DNA of 64,000 bases from assembly GCA_004557855.1 (NCBI GenBank), contig SFFJ01000007.1, positions 1,933 through 65,932 of the forward strand, written 5' to 3'. Of the stretch, positions 19,336 to 29,044 are shown in pieces; the stretch's first letter is position 1; the number at the start of each line of letters is the position of its first letter. The notes under the pieces were generated by a model that saw nothing but the letters and a program-made list of their open reading frames with translations, made no database searches and had not been told where the DNA came from. This stretch comes from Oscillospiraceae bacterium (GTDB lineage: Bacteria > Bacillota > Clostridia > Oscillospirales > Ruminococcaceae). A program made the position numbers and the translations under genes.

Positions 19336-19569
19336 ATGACCACTCTCGCTATTATCGGTGCGATCGCCATGATCGTTGTCAGCATTCTTATTATCGTTGT
19401 GGTATCCCTGCAGGAGGGCAAGGGCGACGGCATCACCGCTCTGGCCGGCGTCAGCGCGTTCCTCACCGATAGCAACGACCGTTCCGCCAATGCCAAGCTC
19501 TCCAAGCTGACCAAGATTTTGGCTATCATTTTCGTTGTGATCACCCTGCTGGTTTACATCCTGCAGTAA
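19336..19569 (+). CDS. secG: preprotein translocase subunit SecG
   Basis: 77 aa with two TM segments. The N-terminus MTTLAIIGAIAMIVVSILIIVVV is typical of SecG. Confidence 0.75.
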   Translation: MTTLAIIGAIAMIVVSILIIVVVSLQEGKGDGITALAGVSAFLTDSNDRSANAKLSKLTKILAIIFVVITLLVYILQ

Positions 19570-19755
19570 CAGACGATCACTCCCCAAGAAGGGCGCTGTT
19601 TGCAGAGGCAAGCGGCGTCTTATTTTATGCGGATGCACCCCCGAAAACGGCCGGCCTGCCCGCTATTCGCAAAAAAACCAAGAAACATGGTAGATTTGTT
19701 CACATTTTCCCCGCTATAATGATGGTAGATTACAGCGAAAGGAGGGCGATGCCCC

Positions 19756-20580
19756 ATGAAACGCATATTCGGCGCCATACTGGTGATGGGCATAGCCCTG
19801 CTGACGCTTGCCGCCTGCGGCAGCTCCGCCCCGGAACCCGCCGGGGATGAAAGACTGTTTGCCGCCAACGGCCCCGCCCTTACCGTGGTGGAAAAGCAGC
19901 CCGACCAGTATACAGCCGACCCCGGCTGCAAAACCACCCCGCCGGAGCAGTCCCCCGACCTGCTGACCATGAATTCGCAGGAGGAGGCCGGCTATGCGCT
20001 GTTTTACCCCCTGCTGAATGAGACCCAGTTCCGGGAGCTGATGCAGCGGGACGGTGTGGACTTCATTCCCGACCGCGTGGTGCGTGATGAGGAGGGCGGG
20101 ATTGCCTATTTCAGCAGCTGTGCCGGGGATATCGTCTATCTGGCCCCCGACCTCACCTCGGTTCGGCTGCTCTCGAAGCAGGACCGTTCCGGCTGCGTCC
20201 GGGACGCCCGCTGGCTGGATGCCGACCGCCTGCTGTTCCTGCAGGGGGATGAATTCGGGCAGGCCGTCTACCTGTTCCGCCCGATGGAGGATGTCATTGA
20301 GCTGCTGTACCAGTCCCCCGCAGGCCGGGAAATCCTCGGGATCGAGGTGGATGAAAACGGCGAACCGGTGTGCATCCTTTCGGCCCTGCCGCAGTTAAGC
20401 AGCACCGCCCCCGCCGAAGACCCTGCCACCGGGGACGCCACCGAGGGCGAGACCGCCGAACCGGGCCCCGCCCTTGCCCCCGCCAAGAAAAACGACAGCA
20501 GCCTGTGGGATGAGGATGACGAGCTGCTCGAGGAACCCCCGACCGAAAAAATAGAACTGGATGCCCACAGCGGCTCTTGA
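19756..20580 (+). CDS. hypothetical lipoprotein
   Basis: Signal peptide with lipobox LTLAAC-GSS. Acidic low-complexity C-terminus. Confidence 0.55.
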   Translation: MKRIFGAILVMGIALLTLAACGSSAPEPAGDERLFAANGPALTVVEKQPDQYTADPGCKTTPPEQSPDLLTMNSQEEAGYALFYPLLNETQFRELMQRDGVDFIPDRVVRDEEGGIAYFSSCAGDIVYLAPDLTSVRLLSKQDRSGCVRDARWLDADRLLFLQGDEFGQAVYLFRPMEDVIELLYQSPAGREILGIEVDENGEPVCILSALPQLSSTAPAEDPATGDATEGETAEPGPALAPAKKNDSSLWDEDDELLEEPPTEKIELDAHSGS

Positions 20581-20918
20581 CCGCAGGGCTACCGGCTTGC
20601 CGATGCTTTCGGCAGGCCGGCTATTTGTATGTTATCCCTTGTGCAGGGGGCGGGATACGGCCCGCAGGGCGGCCCGCCCCTCCGGGGCGGGCCGGGCGGG
20701 GCTCCGCCCCGCCCTCGGCGGCTTCGCCGCCGGCCCTGCGGGCCCCTGCCCCCCGCCAGTCCTCCCCAACCCAACCCCGCACAACCCCCCCGGTCCGCCC
20801 GGCGGGCCACCGCCTGCGGCGGCGTAGGGGGCGGCCTGCGGCCGCCCCCAGCCCCGGCTGCGCCGGGGCCGCCCGCCGGGCGCCCCATCCAATCCCCACC
20901 CCGAAAGGAGACCACCCC

Positions 20919-22106
20919 ATGCCCATCTTTTCCCGTATCAGTATCGCCCTGCGCCGGCCGGTCGTCATGGCCGTCAAAAAGCCCACCCCCCTCACCTATA
21001 TCGGGTCGGGCCGCCTGCACACCGCCGCCGACCTCCTCTCCCAAACCGGCAGCCGCCGCGTGCTGGTGATGACCACCCCCGGCATGATGCGCCGCGGCCA
21101 GTTGGATGAAACCCTCACCGAGCTGCGGGAAAAGGGGATAGATCCCGTCGTCTTTGACCGCGTCAGCCCCGACCCCACCTTCGGGATCGTCGCGGAATCG
21201 GCCCGTTGTGCCGCCGGCTGCGATGCCATCCTGGCCGTAGGCGGCGGTTCGGTGCTGGATGCCGCCAAGGCCGCGGCCGCCGCCATCACCAACCACAAGC
21301 CCGCCGAAAAGCTGGTCGGCATCCTGAAGGTAAAAAAGCAGCCCCTGCTGCTCATCGCCGTGCCCACCACCGCCGGTACCGGCAGCGAGACCACCATCGC
21401 CGCCGTCATCAGCGAGACCAAGACCCACCGCAAGCGCCAGATCCTCGACCCGAAGATCGTCCCGTTTGCCGCCATCCTCGATCCCGACCTGACCCTCGGC
21501 CTGCCGCAGGGCAATACCGTCCACACCGCAATGGACGCCCTGACCCATGCGTTGGAGGCCTATGTCTCGGAATACGCCACCCCGGAAACCGACCGCTACG
21601 CCGAAATGGCCGCTAAAATGATCTGCGAGGCGCTGCCTGCGGTGCTGCAGGACCCCAAAAACGTGAAAAAGCGGGAGGAGCTGTTGGTGGCGTCCTTCCT
21701 TGCGGGCATGGCCTTTACCAGAACCTACGTCGGCTATGTCCATGCCTTCGCCCACAGCATCGGCGGGCGGTACGGCGTGGCGCACGGCCTGGCCAATGCC
21801 GTCCTGCTGCCCCATGTGATGGCGTACTACCTGCCGGTCTGCACCCCCCGTCTGGCTAAAATGTCCACAGTCTGCGGCATTAGCACCGACCCCGATGAAA
21901 CCGCCCGTGCGCAGGCGTTTGTCCGCCACATCACCGCCATGAATGAGCAAGGCGGCGTGCCCGCCCGGCTGGCGCAGTTCCCCCGCGGGGAGATCGACGC
22001 TGTCATCGGGGAGGCCTTTGCCGAGTGCCACGGCACCTACCCGGTGCCCCGCTACTACACCAAAGCCGCCGCCCGTGCGCTGCTGGAGACCGTCTGCGCC
22101 GAATAA
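20919..22106 (+). CDS. iron-containing alcohol dehydrogenase family protein
   Basis: GGGSVLDAAK and AVPTTAGTGSETT motifs. RBS AAAGGAGA before ATG 20919. The track ORF start at 20577 runs through GC-repeat sequence. Confidence 0.75.
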   Translation: MPIFSRISIALRRPVVMAVKKPTPLTYIGSGRLHTAADLLSQTGSRRVLVMTTPGMMRRGQLDETLTELREKGIDPVVFDRVSPDPTFGIVAESARCAAGCDAILAVGGGSVLDAAKAAAAAITNHKPAEKLVGILKVKKQPLLLIAVPTTAGTGSETTIAAVISETKTHRKRQILDPKIVPFAAILDPDLTLGLPQGNTVHTAMDALTHALEAYVSEYATPETDRYAEMAAKMICEALPAVLQDPKNVKKREELLVASFLAGMAFTRTYVGYVHAFAHSIGGRYGVAHGLANAVLLPHVMAYYLPVCTPRLAKMSTVCGISTDPDETARAQAFVRHITAMNEQGGVPARLAQFPRGEIDAVIGEAFAECHGTYPVPRYYTKAAARALLETVCAE

Positions 22107-22242
22107 ACCGCCATACCGGAAAAGCTCCAGCGGGGGCTTTTTCTTTTTCCCGCCGCCCCTCTTGACCTTTTCGGGATTTTACGGTACAATCATATAGAAA
22201 TATTTATATAAAATATTTTATTTTTTAGGAAAGGAAGCCCCC

Positions 22243-22677
22243 ATGGAACCGATACACCGCTTTATACAGCTGTACCGCCGGATGCGTCTGGTGATCTACC
22301 GCCGCCTGCTGCGCCGCACGGGGCAGCTCTCCGCCGCCGATACCTTTGCCGCCGATATCATCTACCTGCTGGAGCAGCCCACGCTGACCCAGTTCGCCGG
22401 GGAAATGGGCATTTCACAGCCCAGCGCCAGCTACCGGGTGAATGAGCTTGCGCAAAAGGGCGTGGTGGAAAAGGTCATCTCTCCGCGGGACCGCCGGGAA
22501 TGCCGGCTGCGGGTGGGGGCGGAATACCGCAAAAAAACGCTGGACGCCCCCGGCCGCGTTGAGGCGCTGATGGGGGAGCTGACCCGGCGATTTACCCGGC
22601 AGGAGCTGGAAACCACCGCCGCCGTGCTGGATGCCTTCCTCACGGCACTGGATCAAGAGGAGGAACCGACTGAATGA
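22243..22677 (+). CDS. MarR-family transcriptional regulator
   Basis: 144 aa winged helix: LTQFAGEMGISQPSASYRVNELAQKGVVEKV. Confidence 0.7.
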   Translation: MEPIHRFIQLYRRMRLVIYRRLLRRTGQLSAADTFAADIIYLLEQPTLTQFAGEMGISQPSASYRVNELAQKGVVEKVISPRDRRECRLRVGAEYRKKTLDAPGRVEALMGELTRRFTRQELETTAAVLDAFLTALDQEEEPTE

Positions 22678-23849
22678 TGGATCTGTTTGAAAAATGCTTT
22701 AAGCCGTCACTGGCAAGCGAACTGAAGGAAAACGGCCTATACCCCTACTTCCATGCGCTGGAGAGCCGTCAGGCCCCGGAGGTCATCATGGAGGGCAAGC
22801 GCCGCATTATGCTGGGCTCCAATAACTATCTGGGGCTCACCACCTGCCCCGAGGTCGTCGAAGCGGGCATCAGGGCCTTTGAGCAGTACGGCACCGGCTG
22901 CTCCGGCTCCCGCTTCCTCAATGGCACCCTGGAGATGCACCTGGAGCTGGAGGACGAATTAGCACGCTTTCTGCGCAAGGAGGCGGTGGTCTGCTTCTCC
23001 ACCGGCTTCCAGTCCAATCTGGGCATCATCAGCGCCATTGTGGGGCGCGGGGATTATGTCATCTGCGATAAGGAAAACCACGCCAGCATCTACGATGGCT
23101 GCAAATTAAGCTACGGCAAAATGCTGCGCTTCGACCACGCCGATATGGCGGACCTGGAGCGCCAGCTGCAAAAGGTGCCGGAAACGGCGGGCTGCCTCAT
23201 CGTCACCGACGGTGTATTCAGCATGGGCGGCGATATCGCCAAGCTCCCGGAGATCGTGCGGCTTGCCAAGCAGTACGGCGCGCGGGTCATGGTGGATGAC
23301 GCCCACGGGCTGGGCGTACTGGGCGAGGGCGGCCGCGGTACCGCCAGCCACTTCGGCCTGGAGGACGAGGTGGATATCTACATGGGCACCTTCAGCAAAT
23401 CCCTGGCCAGCCTGGGCGGCTACATGGCCTCCTGCAATGAGGTAGCGGAGTATGTGCGGCACAATTCCCGGCCGTTCATCTTCTCGGCCTCCATCACCCC
23501 GGCCTCCTGCGCTACGGCGTTGGCGGCGCTGCGCTATCTCGAAAAGCACCCGGAGCTGGTGGACCGCCTGCGTTCTCTTTCGGCCTATGCCAGAGACGGC
23601 CTGCGCCGTGAAAGGGTGAAGATCATCGAATCCACCACGCCCATCATCCCGCTTTACACCTATACCGTGGAAAACACCCTGACCGCCGCCAGAAAGCTGT
23701 ATGACGCCGGCGTCTATGTCAATCCGGTGCTGCCGCCCGCCACACCCCCTGCCGAGTGTCTGCTGCGGACGAGCTACATGGCCACCCTGACCGAGCCGCT
23801 GATCGATGAGGCGGTGGGAATCATCGGCAGCGTATTGGGGGAAAAGTGA
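22674..23849 (+). CDS. PLP-dependent alpha-oxoamine synthase family acyltransferase (AONS/KBL/SPT-like)
   Basis: 391 aa. GSNNYLGL, FSTGFQSN, the DDAHG...G and FSKSLASLGG (PLP-lysine region). Family assignment only. Subfamily not resolvable by eye. Confidence 0.7.
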   Translation: MMDLFEKCFKPSLASELKENGLYPYFHALESRQAPEVIMEGKRRIMLGSNNYLGLTTCPEVVEAGIRAFEQYGTGCSGSRFLNGTLEMHLELEDELARFLRKEAVVCFSTGFQSNLGIISAIVGRGDYVICDKENHASIYDGCKLSYGKMLRFDHADMADLERQLQKVPETAGCLIVTDGVFSMGGDIAKLPEIVRLAKQYGARVMVDDAHGLGVLGEGGRGTASHFGLEDEVDIYMGTFSKSLASLGGYMASCNEVAEYVRHNSRPFIFSASITPASCATALAALRYLEKHPELVDRLRSLSAYARDGLRRERVKIIESTTPIIPLYTYTVENTLTAARKLYDAGVYVNPVLPPATPPAECLLRTSYMATLTEPLIDEAVGIIGSVLGEK

Positions 23850-23850
23850 T

Positions 23851-24642
23851 ATGAGCAAGATAGTAATGATCACCGGGGGCAGCAGCGGCATCGGGCTTTG
23901 CACGGCCGCCGCCCTGCGGGAAAAGGGCTGCAAGGTCTACGAATTGAGCCGCCGGGACAGCGAGGTCCCCGGCATCACCCATTTGAAGTGCGATATCACC
24001 GATGAGGAGCAGGTAAAGGCTGCGGTGGCGCAGGTCATGGCCGAAAACGGCCGCATCGATATCCTCATCAATAATGCCGGGTTCGGCATCTCCGGGGCGG
24101 TGGAATTCACCGAGACCGAGGACGCCCGGCGCCTGTTCGATGTCAATTTTTTCGGCATGGTGCGGATGAACCGTGCGGTTCTGCCCATCATGCGGCAGCA
24201 GGGCGGCGGCCGTATCATCAATTTAAGCTCGGTGGCAGCGCCGGTGCCCATCCCGTTCCAGACCTACTATTCTGCCGGAAAGGCGGCGGTGAACAGCTAC
24301 ACCATGGCGCTTTCCAATGAGGTAAAGCCCTTTGGCATCACCGTGACGGCCGTCATGCCGGGGGATATCAAAACCGGCTTTACCGCAGCCAGGCAAAAAA
24401 GCATCGTCGGCGATGAGGTCTACGGGGGGCGCATCAGCCGCAGCGTAGCCGGCATGGAAAAGGACGAGCAGACCGGCATGGACCCCGCAAAGGCCGGTGA
24501 ATTCATCGCAAAGGTGGCGCTTTCGGCTGGTCACAAGCCGCTGCGCACCATCGGCTTCAATTACCGCTGTGCGGTGTTCCTCACCAAAATCCTCCCTGCC
24601 CGCTGGCTCAACGGCCTCATCGGGATGATCTACGCAAAATAA
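23851..24642 (+). CDS. short-chain dehydrogenase/reductase (SDR)
   Basis: MITGGSSGIGLCTA Rossmann motif, NNAG and YSAGK catalytic motifs. It starts 2 nt after the upstream gene's stop. Confidence 0.75.
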   Translation: MSKIVMITGGSSGIGLCTAAALREKGCKVYELSRRDSEVPGITHLKCDITDEEQVKAAVAQVMAENGRIDILINNAGFGISGAVEFTETEDARRLFDVNFFGMVRMNRAVLPIMRQQGGGRIINLSSVAAPVPIPFQTYYSAGKAAVNSYTMALSNEVKPFGITVTAVMPGDIKTGFTAARQKSIVGDEVYGGRISRSVAGMEKDEQTGMDPAKAGEFIAKVALSAGHKPLRTIGFNYRCAVFLTKILPARWLNGLIGMIYAK

Positions 24643-24756
24643 CCGCCGTAAAACACACCTCCGCCCGTGGAGGTGTGTTTTTATCCAAAAAAGCACCCCC
24701 GCATGGCGAACCACACAGGGGAGCTTTTGGAGAAAAATATGGATAAAAAGAGGAAA

Positions 24757-25551
24757 TCAGGAAAGCAGGATACGGTCGTTGGCAAATTCCTCGGCGGTGG
24801 AAAGGGTAAAGGCGTGCAGCAGGTCGTCTACCGTCAGGCGCTTTTTCTCCTCGCCGCTGATATCCAGAACGATCTTGCCGGCATTCATCATAATCAGCCG
24901 GTTGCCGTGGGCGATGGCGTCCTTCATATTGTGGGTGACCATCAGCGTGGTCAGCTTTCCCTCCTCAATAAAGCGGTCGGAAAGCTCCAGCACCTTGGCA
25001 GCGGTTTTGGGGTCCAGGGCGGCGGTGTGCTCATCCAGCAGCAGCACCTTCGGCTTTTTCATGACGGCCATCAGCAGGGTAAGCGCCTGCCGCTGCCCGC
25101 CGGAAAGCAGCCCGACCTTGGAGGAAAGCCGATCCTCCAGCCCCAGGTCCAGCTCCGAGAGAAGCCGGCGGAAGGTCTCACGGTCGGTGGGGGAGATGGC
25201 CCACTTGAGTCCCCGGCGTTCGCCGCGGCGGGCGGCCAGCGCCATATTTTCTTCGATCCACATATCGGCGGCGGTACCCATCATCGGGTCCTGAAAAACA
25301 CGGCCGAGAAACCGTGCCCGCTTTTCCTCCGAAAGATGGGTAATATCCTCCCCGTCGATGGAAATGCTGCCCTGATCCACCGGGAAGGTCCCGGCGATGG
25401 TATTCAGCAGGGTGGATTTGCCCGCCCCGTTGCCGCCGATGACGGTGACGAAATCGCCGTCATTCAGGGTGAGGGAAAGCCCGTCCAGCGCAATTTTCTG
25501 GTTGACGGTCCCGGGGTGAAAGACCTTGCGGATATTTTCCAGCTTCAGCAT
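24757..25551 (-). CDS. ABC transporter ATP-binding protein (COG1101-type, uncharacterized transport system)
   Basis: Walker A GGNGAGKST, signature LSGGQRQ, Walker B LLLDEHTAALD. RBS AAGGAGG before ATG 25551. Confidence 0.8.
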   Translation of the reverse strand: MLKLENIRKVFHPGTVNQKIALDGLSLTLNDGDFVTVIGGNGAGKSTLLNTIAGTFPVDQGSISIDGEDITHLSEEKRARFLGRVFQDPMMGTAADMWIEENMALAARRGERRGLKWAISPTDRETFRRLLSELDLGLEDRLSSKVGLLSGGQRQALTLLMAVMKKPKVLLLDEHTAALDPKTAAKVLELSDRFIEEGKLTTLMVTHNMKDAIAHGNRLIMMNAGKIVLDISGEEKKRLTVDDLLHAFTLSTAEEFANDRILLS

Positions 25552-26453
25552 ACGGCGGAACCTCCTTTGGCGTGATGATGGGCAGTCCACTTTTTACGCA
25601 GGTAGGGGAGAGCCAGGAATATCGTCACCACCACAGCCGAGAACAGCTTGAGGTCGGTGGTGGAAAGCCCCGCCCAGATGACGATGGCCAGAATGAAGTA
25701 GTAGGCCACGGCGCCCAGTGCGGTGGTCAGCAGCCGCAGGGCAAAGTTCTTGCGCTTGCCCAGCAGTGCCTTGCCGATGACGACCGCCGCCAACCCGATG
25801 ACGATGGCGCCGCGCCCCATGTTGATATCGGAATTGCCCTGATACTGCGCCAGCAGCCCGCCGGAAAGCCCGACCAGCCCGTTGGAGATCATCAGTCCCA
25901 GCACCTTCATGCGGTTGGTGGAAATGCCCTGCGCGCGTGCCATATGCTCATTGTTGCCGGTGGCCCGGATGGCGCAGCCCAACTGCGTACCGAAGAACCA
26001 GTACAGCAGCAGGACGATCGCCACTACGAAAATACCGCTGACGATGATGGCGGTGGGCACCTTGGCGCTGGTAAGCAGCAGCTTATACTGGGTGCGGCTG
26101 ACGGTCAGATTGCTCTTGCCGCCCATGATGTGCATATTGACGGAATAGAGCGCCAGCTGGGTAAGAATACCGGAGAGGATGGCCGGGATGCCCAGAACGG
26201 TATGCAGCAGCCCGGTGCACAGCCCGGCAATGGCACCCGCCAGCACCGCAAAAAGCAGGGCAAGCAGGGGGTTCATCCCGCCGATGATGCACACGGCGGC
26301 GACGGCGCCGCCGGTGCAAAGGCTGTTATCGACCGTAAGGTCGGCGTAGTCCAGTATCTTATAGGTGATGGCCACGCCGATGGCCATGATGCCCCAGATA
26401 AGCCCCTGTGCAAGGGCGCCGGGCAGCGAATTGAGCAATGCGATCGGGTTCAT
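25545..26453 (-). CDS. ABC transporter permease (COG4120-type)
   Basis: 302 aa polytopic membrane protein located between the substrate-binding protein and the ATPase genes. Confidence 0.7.
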   Translation of the reverse strand: MNPIALLNSLPGALAQGLIWGIMAIGVAITYKILDYADLTVDNSLCTGGAVAAVCIIGGMNPLLALLFAVLAGAIAGLCTGLLHTVLGIPAILSGILTQLALYSVNMHIMGGKSNLTVSRTQYKLLLTSAKVPTAIIVSGIFVVAIVLLLYWFFGTQLGCAIRATGNNEHMARAQGISTNRMKVLGLMISNGLVGLSGGLLAQYQGNSDINMGRGAIVIGLAAVVIGKALLGKRKNFALRLLTTALGAVAYYFILAIVIWAGLSTTDLKLFSAVVVTIFLALPYLRKKWTAHHHAKGGSAVC

Positions 26454-26484
26454 GGAGAGACCTCTTATTCGTTAGTATTTGGGA

Positions 26485-27453
26485 TTATTGCAGCGCTTCG
26501 GGGATGGTGATGCCGAGGTCGGCGGCCACCTGCTCATTGATGACGAGGGAGAGGTTGCTGACGTCAAAGAAGAAGATGGGGGTGGTGGCGGGGTCGGCGC
26601 CGTTGACGAGGATATTGAAGGCCTGCTCGCCGGCTGCACGACCCAGCTCGTAGTAGCTGATGGCATAGGTGGCAAGGAAGCCGCTGTCACACATCCCGCC
26701 CTCGCCGCAGATCACGGGCTTGCCGGCCGCGGTGGTGATGTTGCTCATGGTGGGGACATTGGAGGCGATGAGGTTATCGGTCGGCTCATAGAAGGCGTCC
26801 ACCTCATTGCAGGCGGCGGTCACCACGGTCTGGATCTCATTGGTATCGGCAACGGTGTAGATCTTGACGGAGAAGCCGGCGGCTTCAAAAGCGGTCTTGG
26901 CTTCCTCTGCCTGGATGGCAGAGTTTTCCTCGCCGGAATTGATCACGATGCCGACCGTCTTGACGGTGGGGCAGAGGGTCTTCATCAGGTCGACCTGTAC
27001 ATTGACGGGGTTCATATCGGAGGCGCCGGTCACATTGGCGCCGGGGGCCTCATTGCTGGCGACCAGCCCGCTGGAAACATAATCGGTAACGCTGGTGCCG
27101 ACGATCGGGATATCGGAGGTAGCCTCACGGGCGGCCTTTACGGCATTGGTGGCGTTCGCCATGATGAGGTCGACCTTGGCAGCAACAAACTGGTTGACGA
27201 TGGTGGTGCAGTTGGTCTGCTCACCCTGTGCATTCTGCACGCTGAACTGTACCCGGTCCCCCAGCTTTTCGGTGAGGAACTCTTGGAAGCCGCGGGTGGC
27301 TTCATCCAGGGCAGGGTGCTCTACCAGCTGGCATATGCCAATCTGGAATACCTTTTCATCGGGGTTGACGGGGGTGGGCTCATTGCCGCAGGCAGCAAAG
27401 CCGGCGACCATCAAACAGGCGGCAGCAGCCGCAAAAAACTTTTTGCATTTCAT
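26485..27453 (-). CDS. ABC transporter substrate-binding lipoprotein (ABC_sub_bind / COG2984-type)
   Basis: Lipoprotein signal MKCKKFFAAAAACLMVAGFAAC-GNEP. RBS AAGGAGA. The track N-terminal extension (MARPAAG...) lies in the T-box leader and is not coding. Confidence 0.75.
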   Translation of the reverse strand: MKCKKFFAAAAACLMVAGFAACGNEPTPVNPDEKVFQIGICQLVEHPALDEATRGFQEFLTEKLGDRVQFSVQNAQGEQTNCTTIVNQFVAAKVDLIMANATNAVKAAREATSDIPIVGTSVTDYVSSGLVASNEAPGANVTGASDMNPVNVQVDLMKTLCPTVKTVGIVINSGEENSAIQAEEAKTAFEAAGFSVKIYTVADTNEIQTVVTAACNEVDAFYEPTDNLIASNVPTMSNITTAAGKPVICGEGGMCDSGFLATYAISYYELGRAAGEQAFNILVNGADPATTPIFFFDVSNLSLVINEQVAADLGITIPEALQ

Positions 27454-27544
27454 GGTATTTCTCCTTATCTTGAATGGGTTGATTTTTTTATCTATCTGCA
27501 CCCCTGCGGCCGGCCGTGCCATAAGGGGAACATTCGGGAAAACA

Positions 27545-27800
27545 AAAAAGCCCTGTCTTTCCGGACTTCTCTCCGGAAAAAACAGGGGCGATAAAGGCTA
27601 TCGCGGTACCACTCTGCTTCGGGCCTCTCTTGCGGGAAGGCCCCTCATTGGGCAGCTGTCACTGTCCGCACGATGTAACGGTCGAACCCGGCGCAGCCTA
27701 CTCTCACGGGGGAGGTGTTCGGTGCGCGGCTACCGAAAGGTACTTCATCCGTCCTACTCATCATTGCCTTGCAGCATCCGGCAACTCTCTGCAGATTTTG
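27545..27800 (-). promoter_or_regulatory. T-box riboswitch leader with terminator/antiterminator, upstream of the ABC transporter operon
   Basis: The minus-strand RNA contains GCAGAGAGU (GA/K-turn motif), the conserved T-box sequence AGAGUGGUACCGCGAUAGCC (plus 27596-27615) and an intrinsic terminator CCCUGU-UUUUUCCGGAGAGAAGUCCGGAAAG-ACAGGGCUUUUUUG (plus ~27556-27600). A candidate promoter TTGACT-17-TAAAGT lies on the minus strand near 27845-27875. Confidence 0.7.
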
Positions 27801-28183
27801 GGGCGGGTTACTTTTTTCCGGTCATCGCCTGTCATTTATGATGGTTGTACTTTAGCACTTTTATGCGGCAAAGTCAACAGCTTTTTTAAAGTTTTTTTGC
27901 GTTTTGGCATAGTGGGGGGATTTTCGGCAGGCGGCAGGCCGGTTTTGGGTAGAACGCACAAATTCCGGTGCAAAATCCGGGCGCCGGCAGGGGGCCGGTT
28001 GCATTACGGCAGCAAAGCGGGTACAATAGTGACAGACCGCTGCAAGCCGCAGGTGAGGGGGCCCCGCCCCCTGCGCCCGCAGGGCGCAGTCCCCGCCTTC
28101 GGCGGGGCGGCCCGGCTCCGCCGGGCCGGGCGGGGCCCCGCATCCCGCCGCCTGCACGCAGCCAAACAGGAAGGAGAAAACCG

Positions 28184-29044
28184 ATGGGAAAGATCGTGAT
28201 CGTAGGCTCCGGGCCTGCCGGGTGCAGCGCCGCGCTGTACGCCGCCAGAGCCGGCATGGAAACAACGTTGATCAGCAAGGGGATCGGCGCCCTGCAAAAG
28301 GCGGAGCAGATCCAGAACTATTACGGCTTTGAGGAGGGCATCACCGGGGCGGAGCTGTACCGCCGCGGGGTAGCCGGCGCCCAAGCGGTCGGAACGCAGT
28401 TTGTCACGGCGGAGGTCGTGGGGCTGGACTACGCCGCCACGCTGGTGGTGCAAACCACCGCAGGGGACTACCCCGCCGATGCGGTGATCCTGGCGACCGG
28501 AACGGGGCGCATCGCCCCTAAAATAGCGGGCCTGGCCGAGCACGAGGGGCGCGGGGTCAGCTATTGCGCCACCTGCGATGCCTTTTTCTACCGTGGCAAA
28601 ACGGCGGCGGTGCTGGGCACCGGGGAATACGCCCTGCACGAGGTGCAGGCGCTGCTGCCGCTGGCGGGAAAGGTCATCCTGTGCACCAACGGCGAACCCC
28701 TGACGGCCGAGTTCCCCGCAGGGGTGACCGTCTGCACCGAAAAGCTGGAGGCCATCGAGGGCGAGGAAACGGTAACGGCGCTGCGGTTGGCCGGCGGTGG
28801 GCTGCTGCCTGCGGACGGTCTGTTTGTGGCGCTGGGTGTAGCCGGCAGTGCGGCGCTGGCCCGTAAGCTGGGCGCCCCGGTGGAAAACGGCCGCATCGTC
28901 GTGGATGAAAAAATGCAGACCGGAATACCGGGTCTGTTTGCGGCCGGTGACTGCACCGGCGGGATGCTGCAGGTTTGCAAGGCAGTGTACGAAGGCGCAC
29001 TGGCGGCCACCGAAGCGATAAAGCAGATTAGGGGGAAGAAATAA
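28184..29044 (+). CDS. thioredoxin-disulfide reductase family flavoprotein (TrxB-like, short form)
   Basis: FAD motif VIVGSGPAGCSAA, redox-active CATC and GDCTGG. 287 aa. RBS AAGGAGA. The track start at 27968 lies in GC-repeat sequence. Confidence 0.7.
   Translation: MGKIVIVGSGPAGCSAALYAARAGMETTLISKGIGALQKAEQIQNYYGFEEGITGAELYRRGVAGAQAVGTQFVTAEVVGLDYAATLVVQTTAGDYPADAVILATGTGRIAPKIAGLAEHEGRGVSYCATCDAFFYRGKTAAVLGTGEYALHEVQALLPLAGKVILCTNGEPLTAEFPAGVTVCTEKLEAIEGEETVTALRLAGGGLLPADGLFVALGVAGSAALARKLGAPVENGRIVVDEKMQTGIPGLFAAGDCTGGMLQVCKAVYEGALAATEAIKQIRGKK

Noticed and set aside
20577-20918. Long N-terminal extensions of the Fe-ADH ORF (from 20577), the Cof phosphatase ORF (to 45810), the SpoIID ORF (to 4185), the gamma-CA ORF (to 35565) and the trxB-like ORF (from 27968).
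   Set aside because: The extensions run through intergenic GC-repeat DNA and encode low-complexity sequence. Internal ATG/GTG starts with good RBSs give proteins of canonical length.
22674-23849. Naming the alpha-oxoamine synthase-family gene specifically as bioF, kbl or spt.
   Set aside because: Subfamily-discriminating residues cannot be judged reliably by eye. Only the family-level call is supported.
27453-27522. N-terminal extension MARPAAGVQIDKKINPFKIRRNT of the substrate-binding protein ORF in the track.
   Set aside because: The real start is the lipoprotein signal peptide MKCKKFF at 27453 with a good RBS. The extension lies inside the T-box leader and terminator.
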